DNA of 64,000 bases from positions 80,538,001 to 80,602,000 of the forward strand of contig NC_043003.1 of assembly GCF_006345805.1 (NCBI RefSeq), in the 5' to 3' direction. Position numbers and translations under genes: made by a program. Shown here piece by piece: positions 1 through 11,789 of this stretch (within the stretch, counting starts at the first letter, position 1; every line of letters starts with the position of its first letter). This DNA comes from Octopus sinensis. Taxonomy: Eukaryota. Under the pieces are notes generated by a model that was not told the origin of the DNA, did not search any database, and saw nothing but the letters and a program-made list of their open reading frames with translations.

Positions 1-260
1 ATCGGTTAAACCTGTAATAATAACCACATTTTCAATTGTAAGACAAGGATAAATGTTGTCAACACAGAAATTGCTGAAATTGTAGAATTGGTAAACCTCG
101 AAAAGTAAGTAAAATAAAAAGCAGCAAGCATCGCAGAAGTGCATTTTGTTTCTTCCTTCTTTGTCTAAGGTTGCAATATTTGCTTTTAGCGAAATCTAGT
201 CAATGTAAAAGGAAGAGTACTCTTATTTATAAAGAAAACCCGAATGTTTAAGAATATACC

Positions 261-493
261 TATTTCTTTACTATCCGCAAGGGGCTAAACACAGAGGGTA
301 CAAACAAGGACAGAGAAACGGATTAAGTCGATTACATCGACCCCAGTGCGTAACTGGTACTTAATTTATCGACTCTGAAAGAATGAAAGGCAAAGTGGAT
401 CTCGGCGGAATTTGAACTCAGAACGTAACGGCAGACGAAATACGGCTACGCATTTAGCCCGGCGTGCTAGCGTTTCTGCCAGCTCGCCGCCTT
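261..493 (-). mobile_element. Full-length octopus-type SINE (GGCGGYGAGCTGGCAGAA... family) with 20-bp TSD
   Basis: The minus strand begins GGCGGCGAGCTGGCAGAAACGCTAGCACGCCGGGC and ends GTAAAGAAATA. An exact direct repeat, CGAATGTTTAAGAATATACC, flanks it at 241-260 and 494-513. Homologous copies lie at 30770, 61168 and 63452. Confidence 0.9.
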
Positions 494-857
494 CGAATGT
501 TTAAGAATATACCATCTGCAACATTTTATGATAATGTAAACGTGATTTCATCTATGTCACCCCTTACACCAGAAACACGTAAACTACATGCGTACGCATT
601 AGAGGTAAAACGAAAATCAATTCAACACGTTGAATTCGCGCAATGTATATATTATACATGTTTAAACATACAAAATTGCAACCACTGATCGCATCCAGGA
701 GTTAACATTCTAATATTCAAACGAAGGAGTTTCAACATTGATAGCAACGTACCATATTTATTAACATTAATTAATACTTATTATGAAGGCGGGGAGCTAG
801 CAGAATCTCCAGCCGGTATCAAATTACTATTTATTAAGTTATTCATGTGTGCGTTCA

Positions 858-1693
858 AAGTGTGATCAATAAGTATCAGGGCTGTGATCATAGTAACGAA
901 GCTAAAGCACGCAGAATAAAGCCGCTTGGTAAAGATTGACTTTGACCTCTGCTGTGCAAAGGCACTAAGTTTTAACGATTTAGCTGTTTACAGCTGTGCC
1001 TGGAAGGAACGAGTGTAGCGTGTGATCGTCACATTTACCATGACAGAGAAAGTTGTCATCGTGATATCTGTTGCAGAAAGTGTATGGAGAGGTGTGTATG
1101 AGCCGCACAAGAGTGCACGAGTTGTTCAAACGTTTCGAAAAAGTGTCGATATTGAGAATCGTTCTGGGAGACCCGCAATCAGCAGAACTTAGAAATACAT
1201 TGCAGAGATGCGTGCAACTTTGAGAGGGAATCGACGAATTACCACCTGTGAGTTATCAGATGTGCACATTAGTTATGATTCGGTTCAATTCATTGTCACC
1301 AAAGATTTTCGTATGCAACGCGAGTCTGCCAAGTTTGTGCCAAAACTGCTTTCAGTTGACGAAAATGACACACGGGGTTTCAGTTGCACAAGGTCTCCTT
1401 CATTATGTCGAGAATGATGCACACTTTTTTGAAAGCTTTACCTTGGCCTCTGAGCAGGTGTGGTCATGCGCTTGGCAAAATTTGATGCTGATTCACTGCT
1501 CAAATTTTTCTGTTATGTTTGATGCGACGATCATACGCAACAAACCTTCCTTCCAAGCACTACTGTAAACACCGGGAGTGCGCTAGAATGTTAAAACTTA
1601 GTGCGCATGCAGAGCACAGATCAAGGTTAATCTGTGCCGAGCAGCTTTAGCTTCATTATTATGGCAGCGTTCCGGGTACTTATTGATCAGATT

Positions 1694-1695
<2 letters not shown>
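858..1695 (+). mobile_element. Internally deleted mariner transposon remnant
   Basis: Inverted repeat TGATCAATAAGTA (863-875) / TACTTATTGATCA (1677-1689). ORF 1208-1417 (NRRITTCELSDVHISYDSVQFIVTKDFRMQRESAKFVPKLL) matches the mariner HTH plus WVP(H/K)-L linker region. Confidence 0.8.
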
Positions 1696-1730
<35 letters not shown>

Positions 1731-1833
1731 AATTAATAAATAAAATATATGCATACATACATATATGTATGTACCTAGGTAGGTACGTACATATATGTAT
1801 GTATGTATGCATATATATTATTTATTAATTTAT

Positions 1834-2525
1834 TGCATGACTGAGCGCCCTCGCGTCGTTTCGTTTCGTTTCTTTTCTTTTCTCCAAGTAAGTTTTTATA
1901 TATGATTATGACGCGAAACTCTGTAACCCTATGCTTGACCTTCCCTTCCGCTTTGCCTATCTCTCTCCTTCTTATTTTTCACCCTTTCTGGTTTCCTTTC
2001 CTCTCTATCTCTCTCTATCTCACTCCTCCTCATCTCTCACACAGCCGAGTCGACCACTTCCTTTCGCTGGCGGCCTCCTACAAGTGAACATGCTTTTTTC
2101 CTGCGCTCTTGAATTTTTCCATCGTCTAGGCTAAAAAAAGGCCCTCAATGTTTGTTTCCTTGTCCTGTTTTTATTCTTTACTTGTACTGTATTTTTTGTA
2201 TTTGTATTTTTGTTTTGTATTTGTTTTTTATTTGTATTGATTTTACGTCCTGTTTTTGTCACATCTTTTTCTTTCCTTGTTTTTACTCCTCTGCAAAGGA
2301 ATTTCATTTAATTCTTTCAGAGGAAGGGCTGTTCGACGAGTCGCGTTCTGTCCTTACCTTCGAAACAAGCATGGAGTCGAACTAGGGACAGCTGATGAAG
2401 GGGAATTTTCCTTGTATTGTTTGTCTTGTACTCTGTTTTTTCGTTGTTAAAAGTCCGTTTCCATGTTTGTTTTTACGTTTTCGTTTCTCGTTTAGTTCTA
2501 CGTCTATTTGTGGTGTCCTGTACTC
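1834..2525 (+). mobile_element. Pyrimidine-rich repeat, possibly a Penelope-like pLTR, between 55-bp direct repeats
   Basis: Non-coding block between microsatellite tracts, flanked by direct repeats at 1779-1833 and 2570-2624. The family assignment is inference. Confidence 0.35.
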
Positions 2526-2618
2526 ACACATATATATATTTATATATGCATGTATATATACATGTGGATGTAGGTACGTACATATATGTATGTATGTATG
2601 CATATATTTTATTTATTA

Positions 2619-2666
<48 letters not shown>

Positions 2667-3009
2667 GAAAACATGCTTACACATTCAGATATACGCAGAT
2701 ACACATATTACAGAATTTAAACATTTTGCAATATCTGCAATGTCTGCGATGGCATCCTTTGTAGTTTTAATCCTCTTATAGACGTCAGTATTTACTACAA
2801 ACTTACCAATTTTCAACTCTTTCGTAAATAACTACAGATCATTTTAATATAGTTTCTCCAATAGCCTGTTAAACATTTGTTGAATACTTTTACTCTGTAC
2901 GCTTCACCAATTGTTAAACTACATACAGAACTAATTTTAGCAAAAAAAAATTAAACAAATTCAGTCGTTACTCTGTATTTATGATTAGCATATAGCCCAT
3001 GCACATTTC

Positions 3010-3140
3010 TTATTTGCATATGATGTCTTCATATTCTCTGCACATACGCTGATTAATCATCCAGGGAATATGTCTTTCATACATTTGTTTCTTCAGAAAG
3101 TACAAATAATCAGATAGCTTCGTAAACATCCAGAAATGCC
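3010..3140 (-). CDS. Candidate terminal coding exon of the minus-strand gene (HFWMFTKLSDYLYFLKKQMYERHIPWMINQRMCREYEDIICK*)
   Basis: Acceptor ...AAATACAACAG| followed by 42 open codons to TAA, phase-1 start. The linking exon was not found. Confidence 0.35.
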
Positions 3141-3479
3141 CTGTTGTATTTTTGTAGTCTATGCTTCTCCGGTTTAAAATCCTGACACTATTTTAGTTTT
3201 CGAATATAGATTTTCTTCCATTAAATTTGTAATCTATATATTCGGCCTGTCTGTCTGTCTGTCTGTCTGTCTCTCTTTCTCTCTATATGTGTGTGAGTAT
3301 GCGTGTGTGTTTATATATTCTGTCTCTATATGGTCTATGTACGTGTACGTATGTGTGTGTGAGCGTGGGTGTGTACTCGCTTGTGTTTAGTTGCTGTATC
3401 TGGAATTCGTCATAACCTCATATCTATACACTTACTAATGCATCAAATTGTGGGTGTATTCCACAGCCTTACTCAAAAA

Positions 3480-4716
3480 CAGGGTTTCGACAAAATAATG
3501 GAAAGAACCAGCATCATAGCATCAAAATTTTGAAATATCTACAAAATCGTCAAAAGCTTGTTTATTTTTATGTTTTAGAGTTATTATTAGTGCTGCTTAA
3601 TATGCTGGGATTTTTTTTCGGATATCATCAGAAAGAGGTAATTAAAATTCATTAAAATGACAGATCTATTGAACTTTCAAAGAATTTCAAATTGTTGGTT
3701 CTCGCATGGCATGCACTAGCATAACGAAAATAGCCGAAATATTTGGTGTATCCAGAAGTACTGCCTCGAAAGTAATGACAGTCTTTGAGGAGGAGGGAAA
3801 AAACCTCCTCGTCGAAACAAAACTCCGGAAGAAATCCAAAACTTTCAGATAGGAACCGTCGGACTCTTACGCGAATTGTTAGAGAGGATCACAAAATTAC
3901 AGCTCCCAAAATTACTGCAGAGCTTAACCTCGAGAACCCAGTTTCCGCAAACACTGTTCGGTGGGAGCTGCACAAAACCGGATTTCACGGGAGGGCTGCA
4001 ATCAGAAAATCACTACTTTCAAAAAGAAACGTTGCAAAGCGTCTAGAGTGGAGAAAAAACCCAGAGCAGTGGAAGAATGTTATTTTCTCGGATGATTCAT
4101 CCATTACCTTATTTCCGACCCCCAGTTGAGTATACGTGTGGAGACAGCCAAAAGAAGCATTTGACCCAGATTGCCTTCTTCCAACAGTTAAAAATGGAGG
4201 AGGATCTGTGATGATCTGTGTGTCTATATCTTGGAAATCCGCCGGCCCAATGGTTTGCCTTCATGGCAGAATTAACAGACAAGACTATTTAAGCTTTTTA
4301 TCTGATCAAATTCATCCTGTTTGCAGAACTCTTTCCGGTGGGAAAAACAATCTTTCAGGATGAGAATGCATGAATTCACACAGCTAAAGCAGTTACTGAA
4401 TGACACGAGGAACATTTTAGTGAAGTTGAACATCTTATCTGGCCACCACAGTCCCCAGATCTCAACATTATTGAACATTTATGGTGCATTTTAGAAAAAC
4501 AAGTAAGGAGTGGATAACCTCCACCATCATCACTACAAGAACTAGATACTGTTGTAGATACTGAAGAATTGACAAAAATACCTTTGGAAACAATTCAAAC
4601 TTTGTACGAATCCATACCTCATGGAATTCCAACTGTAATAATTGCCAAATGCGGTCCTACCCCGTATCAAAATAAATTTGTTTGAAAGGTTTTCCTATTA
4701 TTTTGTCCAATCCCTG
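3480..4716 (+). mobile_element. Tc1-family DD34E transposon, full length but degenerate
   Basis: TIRs CAGGGTTTCGACAAAATAATGGAAA (3480) and TTTCCTATTATTTTGTCCAATCCCTG (4691-4716), the latter followed by TA. Transposase motifs KTSSSKQNSGRNPKLS, VIFSDDS, FQDENA and WPPQSPDLNIIEHLW are broken by stops and frameshifts. Confidence 0.92.
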
Positions 4717-4812
4717 TATATATATATATGCCTATAGAAATATCTGTCTCCCTATCTTTATACACACACCCAGTATTATGTTCGTGAGTATTGAGTTGAA
4801 AAGAGTTACTAC

Positions 4813-4896
4813 CTGGTCCAGGAATTGAGACATGGATCTCGGGATCGTGAGTGCAAAGCCCTTATTACTTGAGCTTGACCCCAATAAAAATCGTAC
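4813..4896 (-). CDS. Candidate internal exon, 84 nt
   Basis: Acceptor CTGTGTTGTTATAG| and donor CAG|GTAGTA. Open in phase 0 (VRFLLGSSSSNKGFALTIPRSMSQFLDQ) and in phase 2 (YDFYWGQAQVIRALHSRSRDPCLNSWT); the frame is ambiguous. Confidence 0.5.
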
Positions 4897-5183
4897 CTAT
4901 AACAACACAGATATATACGCACATACGGACGTAGACAAATATTTACAAATATACACCCACATAATACAAAGGGATATATGTGGTTCTATTCTTCTCTACA
5001 TAAATTCAGATACATACTCATCTAACGCAAATGCGCACGCATACATATATACCCGTAAACGCTTGCACATTCACTGTTATGAAGATATATACACTCATTC
5101 AAACATACAAATATGTGACAACGTATTTCAACTTACCTAATTCTTCTCATAAATAAACTCTGCTAAGCGGTGATAAGGACGTG

Positions 5184-5231
<48 letters not shown>

Positions 5232-5234
<3 letters not shown>

Positions 5235-6087
5235 ATTTCAACAATTGAGGGTAAAATTAATTAATTATTAATCAATTTCACCAAGTATTCAGTATGTAAA
5301 GGGACCATTTAAGGCGAATTCAAAATATTACATTATATAAAAGGGCTTTATAAAAGGGCTACTGAACTCATTAGAAATAGCAGCTAAAAAAATTTTTTTA
5401 GCTATTTCTAATACTTAAAGAAAATCTCTCTCAGATAGTGTTTGCTCAGACCAACTCACGAAGGTATGGGGGTAAAAACATTAAAAAATCACAAGTGCAA
5501 AGGTTATTTGAGAACGTACGTTTCTAGATTAGTCAAATCGACATTTCTTTCGTCAGCTCAGAACTCCTTGATTCGGATTTGGGAACACTGAAAGTGGGAG
5601 CATACCCTTTTGGCTTCTTATCACCTCCGGAAATCCGCTCGAACTAACAGTGCTAACAAATTCAAAATATGCAAGCGAAGAATTTCTGCTCTCCCCTTTC
5701 CACCAGCGTGGGTTAAAATTGGCAAACACTATGTTTTATCGGTGAAAACCGAAGCATTAAACAGAGAGAAATGAATTATAATTTCAACAATTGAGGGTAA
5801 AATTAATTAATTATTAATCAATTTCACCAAGTATTCAGTATGTAAAGGGACCATTTAAGGCGAATTCAAAATATTACATTATATAAAAGGGCTTAGTAAA
5901 ATAAATTACTTTGCGACATACTGAACTCATTAGAAATAGCAGCTAAAAAAATTTTTTTAGCTATTTAAACACTATCTGAGAGAGATTTTCTTTAAGTATT
6001 AGAAATAGCTAAAAAAATGTTTTTTTAGCTGCTATTTCTAATGAGTTCAGTATGTGGCATAAGTAATTTATTTTACTAAGCCCTTTT
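5232..6087 (-). mobile_element. HHR-bearing non-coding repeat: about 1.3 tandem 546-bp units plus an inverted terminal piece, inserted in (TA)n
   Basis: ATAATTTCAACAATTGAGG recurs at 5232 and 5778. About 5965-6087 is an inverted copy of unit sequence. (TA)n lies on both sides. Confidence 0.65.
5509..5560 (-). ncRNA. Type I hammerhead ribozyme motif with a degenerate stem II
   Basis: Minus strand: TGAG-CTGACGA-aagaaatgtcgatttgactaatcta-GAAA-CGTACG-TT-CTCA. Stem I is TGAG/CTCA, stem III is the palindrome ACGTACGT, the cleavage triplet is GUU, and stem II pairs only partly. Confidence 0.55.
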
Positions 6088-6121
6088 ATATATATATATA
6101 TATATATATGTTTTTTTACTT

Positions 6122-6504
6122 GTTTCAGTCATTTGACTGCGGCCATGCTGGAGCACCGCCTTTAGTCGAGCAAATCGACCCCGGGATTTATTCTTTGTAA
6201 GCCTAGTACTTATTCTATCGGTCACTTTGCCGAACCGCTAAGTGACGGAGACGTAAACACACCCTAGCAATGCTAGGGAGACAAACACAGACACACAAAC
6301 ACACCACACACACACATATATACATATATATACATATATATGACAGGCTTCTTTCAGTTTCTATCTACCAAATCCACTCACAAGGCATTGGTCGGCCCGG
6401 GGCTATAGCAAAAGACACCTACCCAAGGTGTCACGCAGTGGGACTGAACCTGGTACCATGTGGTTGGTTAGCAAGCTACTTACCCTACAGCCACTCCTGC
6501 GCCT
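6122..6504 (-). mobile_element. tRNA-derived SINE (octopus OR-like) with an internal microsatellite
   Basis: Minus-strand head AGGCGCAGGAGTGGCTGTAGGGTAAGTAGC..., body GCCTTGTGAGTGGATTTGGTAGATAGAAACTGAAAGAAGCC, tail GGCGGTGCTCCAGCATGGCCGCAGTCAAATGACTGAAAC. Homologues at 29488, 32632 and 50035. Confidence 0.85.
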
Positions 6505-6520
6505 ATATATATATATATAT

Positions 6521-6817
6521 ATTCAACAACAATTAAGGAATGGCCTTAGTAGGCCATTCGGCCCACTAGAAGAAGCAGCCAGGACTCAAACCGCTTTACC
6601 GATGAGGTGTAACCTTTGGTAGTTTGACTTTAATTTAATTAAGCTGGTTTGCCATAAAAAACACCGAAACGATGCATCGTCTAAAGATGAATTAGGGTAA
6701 ATGTTTTTAAATTTTCATTTAATTTCTGAATTACTACTACTTAGCGGTTTGAGTCCTGGCTGCTTCTTCTAGTGGGCCGAATGGCCCATTAAGGCCATTC
6801 CTTAATTGTTGTTGAAT
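6521..6817 (+). mobile_element. Short HHR-bearing element with 75-bp inverted ends, homologous to the 489-bp array unit
   Basis: Arms 6521-6595 and 6743-6817 are reverse complements with 2 mismatches. 6620-6817 aligns by eye to the array unit (TTAATTTAATTA.G.TGGTTT.CCAT, AGGGTAAATGTTTTT, TTCTAGTGGG..GAATGGCC). Flanked by (TA)n. Confidence 0.8.
6594..6686 (+). ncRNA. Type I hammerhead ribozyme (CCGAUGA core variant)
   Basis: Stem I CTTTA(6594-98)/TAAAG(6682-86), core CCGATGA 6599-6605, stem II GGTG/CACC, GAAA 6666-69, stem III palindrome ACGATGCATCGT, GUC triplet with predicted cut after 6681. Confidence 0.75.
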
Positions 6818-6937
6818 TTATATATATAGTCTTTGACTATTTTCTCTTTCCCACTAGACCGCTGGTAGCGATAAATTTCTATTGAATTTTTTGCTACCCT
6901 AAATTGATTAATTATATATATATATATATATATATAG

Positions 6938-7112
6938 GGAAAGTTTACTAAAAAAACACAAGACGAAGACAGGTGGTGTACAAAACAAACATATGTATTA
7001 GTATAGCGCTCATGAATAGAAAAAGGCTTTTACGTTTGGAGCCTACGCTCTTCTACAGAAATGAACACAGAAAAAACAAGGGGAGAAACAAGTGTGTGTA
7101 GTGGCTAGCGAT
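6938..7112 (-). mobile_element. Penelope-like pLTR fragment, same family as 7999-8340
   Basis: The reverse complement contains GAAGAGCGTAGGCTCCAAACGTAAAAG and ACACCACCTGTCTTCGTCTTGTGTTTTT, similar to 8200-8320. Confidence 0.5.
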
Positions 7113-7114
7113 AT

Positions 7115-7162
<48 letters not shown>

Positions 7163-7971
7163 TGCATGTGTGTGCGCGTGGGTATAAGTTTAGTGGTGCC
7201 GGTATAGAAGAAATGATGTTGACAATGCAGAGCAATATTGAATTGATTAACATTTAATTATATTTTAAAATATAGGCATCCACTTCAATGGTTTCATATT
7301 TCGTTTATTAACAAATATAATCCATTCTTCTTCTCCTATTATTTAATTATTGTAGAATGCCTACTTCGACTCGTTCTTAATAAAGCCAACATTCATATAT
7401 TAACTAACATTAATTTTATTTACATCACAACTCGTTATCTTATTCCACACCTAGTTAAAGAAGAGATACGCTCTTAAATCTTCCAAGGGAATGTACAAGC
7501 ATTAATTGATAATATTAGTCTTCGATAGAATAATTAACAATAATCATGTATTACACTTTTATGTAAACAATTATTATATCATTTATTTCTATTTAACTTT
7601 TCTATGTGACATATTCAATGGTGAAAAGTGTTTTTTGATCTTTCGCAACACTGCTACATAAACATAGTGCATTAACGTTGATCAATCAATTTGTACGTTA
7701 AAGGATAGCATTGTGAGCCGTATTCCTACATTGAAAAATAAGCTATTTTTACAACAACGCCCCGAATAATTATTATTCGCGAGACAACATCATGTACTAT
7801 GCGCTTTTGTAAATCTACTTTCAAACCTATAGAGTGTATGTGTATGATTTAAAATTTAAGTATATTCTAAATTCTAACATATTCTCCCTTCATTTTAAAA
7901 TTCTTATTTCTGTTCTTCCACTTGTTTGGTTTCATAACAATCTGTATATATATATATATATATATATATAG

Positions 7972-7998
<27 letters not shown>

Positions 7999-8002
<4 letters not shown>

Positions 8003-8342
8003 TAAAAACGGTAAGATAACAATAGAAAGAAAGATACCTCAATATTATGTAAATAGTGGAAATTTATCTGTAAAATAACATGTGACAATTATTCAATAGC
8101 CAAGATAAAACTCTGAGTTACATATGGTTTATCACTAAACCCACAATTTTTTTATACTCTTTCTCTCTCTCTCTTTCTCTCTCCGTTTATTTTCTCATAT
8201 TCTTTTCGGTTGAAGAGGGTAGGCTCGAAATGTAAAAAGCTTTCTCACTCTCCCGATCGTCAAACTAATACACCTGCTTGTTGTCCATACACCTGTCCTT
8301 GTATTTTGTTTTTCTGTACATTTTAACTAACCATATATTTAC

Positions 8343-8408
<66 letters not shown>

Positions 8409-9270
8409 GAACATATTTCTGTAGTATACATCACTCCGCTCTCAATATCTCCATCCGATGCAAACACACTGACTCACACTCCTTCATTAACTTCTCCTCC
8501 TACCCTATCCATACCAAGCTCTGCAGTGACGACCATGACTTTGAGACTCATTCTCATCTCATGTGTCGCCACTGCATCCTTCGTGGATATACCCTCACCA
8601 CTATCCACACTAGCTTTACAAGGGCACGTTCCGTGTACTACGCTTGTGCTCTTTCTCCTCACCCCGCCATTGCTCGTCTCCCATTTCCCCTAACTACCCA
8701 TCCTCCACCCTTCCCCTCCTTTCAACGAGCCCATAACCTGCGTGACCTCCTGGTCCAGAGATTTTTCTGGCTCCATCGCCCAGCCTGACTTGTTCCCCTG
8801 ATCCTGCCAACGCTGCCGTACTTGCCCCTACCTCTCCAACACGGAGATCATGACGGGCATCCATCTTCGTCCCTATCACATCACCTCCTCCTTTACCTGC
8901 ACTTCTAGAAACGTCATTTACTGCATCGCTTGCTCTTTCTGCCCTTCCCTGTACATCGGTCAAACGAGATGCTGCTTGGCTAACCGATTCACTGACCAAC
9001 ACCGAAGCATCAGACTCGGCAATGACACCCCGGTCTTGCGCCATTTCCTCTCTACCATTCATTTACTACAACATCTGCATCTGTACAGACTGTCTTTGCA
9101 CAGGGTCCATTCGGACTCCCACCTTCGCTGTAAACAGAAATTAAGCTTCTCTCTTCGCTCCTTTTCGTCACATGGGCTCAACCCAGCTCCTTTCATCATC
9201 AGACTTCCCTCCTACTTTCATCTGACACTTACTTCCTGTCTTCACTCCTATCTACCTCCTCTCTTCATTT
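7999..9270 (+). mobile_element. Penelope-like element remnant (Neptune-type): pLTR, RT C-terminus and GIY-YIG endonuclease, copy 1
   Basis: RAHNLRDLLV (conserved PLE motif), Cys linker [11 protein letters not shown], and GIY-YIG region [41 protein letters not shown] in ORF 8850-9557. Confidence 0.88.
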
Positions 9271-9303
9271 ACGCGTGTGTATTATGTATGTATATATATA
9301 TAT

Positions 9304-9338
<35 letters not shown>

Positions 9339-9523
9339 AATATACACATATATATACATACATATCTATATATCTATATGTGTATATATATATGTATGTA
9401 TATATATATATATCTATATGTGTATATATATATATGTATGTATATATATATATATATATGTGTGTATATATATATATATGTATGTATATATATATATATG
9501 TATGTATATATATATATATATAG

Positions 9524-9550
<27 letters not shown>

Positions 9551-9554
<4 letters not shown>

Positions 9555-9894
9555 TAAAAACGGTAAGATAACAATAGAAAGAAAGATACCTCAATATTAT
9601 GTAAATAGTGGAAATTTATCTGTAAAATAACATGTGACAATTATTCAATAGCCAAGATAAAACTCTGAGTTACATATGGTTTATCACTAAACCCACAATT
9701 TTTTTATACTCTTTCTCTCTCTCTCTTTCTCTCTCCGTTTATTTTCTCATATTCTTTTCGGTTGAAGAGGGTAGGCTCGAAATGTAAAAAGCTTTCTCAC
9801 TCTCCCGATCGTCAAACTAATACACCTGCTTGTTGTCCATACACCTGTCCTTGTATTTTGTTTTTCTGTACATTTTAACTAACCATATATTTAC

Positions 9895-9970
<76 letters not shown>

Positions 9971-10830
9971 GAACATATTTCTGTAGTATACATCACTCCG
10001 CTCTCAATATCTCCATCCGATGCAAACACACTGACTCACACTCCTTCATTAACTTCTCCTCCTACCCTATCCATACCAAGCTCTGCAGTGACGACCATGA
10101 CTTTGAGACTCATTCTCATCTCATGTGTCGCCACTGCATCCTTCGTGGATATACCCTCACCACTATCCACACTAGCTTTACAAGGGCACGTTCCGTGTAC
10201 TACGCTTGTGCTCTTTCTCCTCACCCCGCCATTGCTCGTCTCCCATTTCCCCTAACTACCACTCCTCCACCCTTCCCCTCCTTTCAACGAGCCCATAACC
10301 TGCGTGACCTCCTGGTCCAGAGATTTTTCTGGCTCCATCGCCCAGCCTGACTTGTTCCCCTGATCCTGCCAACGCTGCCGTACTTGCCCCTACCTCTCCA
10401 ACACGGAGATCATGACGGGCATCCATCTTCGTCCCTATCACATCACCTCCTCCTTTACCTGCACTTCTAGAAACGTCATTTACTGCATCGCTTGCTCTTT
10501 CTGCCCTTCCCTGTACATCGGTCAAACGAGATGCTGCTTGGCTAACCGATTCACTGACCAACACCGAAGCATCAGACTCGGCAATGACACCCCGGTCTTG
10601 CGCCATTTCCTCTCTACCATTCATTTACTACAACATCTGCATCTGTACAGACTGTCTTTGCACAGGGTCCATTCGGACTCCCACCTTCGCTGTAAACAGA
10701 AATTAAGCTCTCTCTTCGCTCCTTTTCGTCACATGGGCTCACCCAGCTCCTTTCATCATCAGACTTCCCTCCTACTTTCATCTGACACTTACTTCCTGTC
10801 TTCACTCCTATCTACCTCCTCTCTTCATTT
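9551..10830 (+). mobile_element. Penelope-like element remnant, copy 2 (tandem duplicate of copy 1)
   Basis: Near-identical to 7999-9270 at an offset of 1552-1562 bp, with the same GIY-YIG motif in ORF 10412-11140. Confidence 0.88.
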
Positions 10831-10863
10831 ACGTGTGTGTATTATGTATGTATATATATATAT

Positions 10864-10898
<35 letters not shown>

Positions 10899-11069
10899 AA
10901 TATACACATATATATACATACATATCTATATATCTATATGTGTATATATATATGTATGTATATATATATATATCTATATGTGTATATATATATGTATGTA
11001 TATATATATATATATATGTGTGTATATATATATATATGTATGTATATATATATATATGTATGTATATAT

Positions 11070-11133
<64 letters not shown>

Positions 11134-11789
11134 AAGTTAGCTGTTGATACCAGGATTTCATCAGTTAAACTATCAAAAAAGCATTATTCATATCTCATTA
11201 CAAATCCTGGCTAACTATCTAATACTAAGTTTTTAAAATATATATATATGGCTATATGATTTACACAAAACAGGATGTGTGCTAGTAAATAATTAAAAAA
11301 AGAAAGCGCAGTAAAAAAAAAACAGCAACAAAGGAATTATACTTGATAAATACAGATTCCCGAGAATAGTACTTTACTAGTCAAAGTTTTTCTGTAAAAA
11401 ATGATGCATTTAATATTTTTTTTACTATTTTCCTCCTTACTGAGATATGCGAATATGTGTAACCGGTAATGTTGGCCAAGATTTTAACAATACTCTAGAA
11501 TATGCAATCAATGTGAATACGACGACACCTCGATAGTAGTAGCATCAATCACCTGAAAATCGGCAATGCGATATTAACAGTAACCACGTAATCAGTTTTA
11601 AAGTGGAATAAGTCCTACATACTCACACTTACCTTCATACGCATACATATACATACACCCCCACATATATGTGTGCGCGTGTGCATGTATATATATATAT
11701 ATATAAATGTTTATTTACCTGTGCATATATGTCTTTATATTCATGTATACATATACATATATATATATATATACACACACACACATTTA

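Noticed and set aside
2325-2410. CGAAAC...GTC...CTGATGA as a permuted (type II) hammerhead
   Set aside because: Core pieces are present, but stem I cannot form and the first stem II pair is A-C.
11441-11552. Strong minus-strand acceptor (11553) and donor (11440) pair
   Set aside because: All three frames hit stops across the 112 nt. A shorter 54-nt sub-exon (11441-11494) is possible but has two open frames and no independent support.
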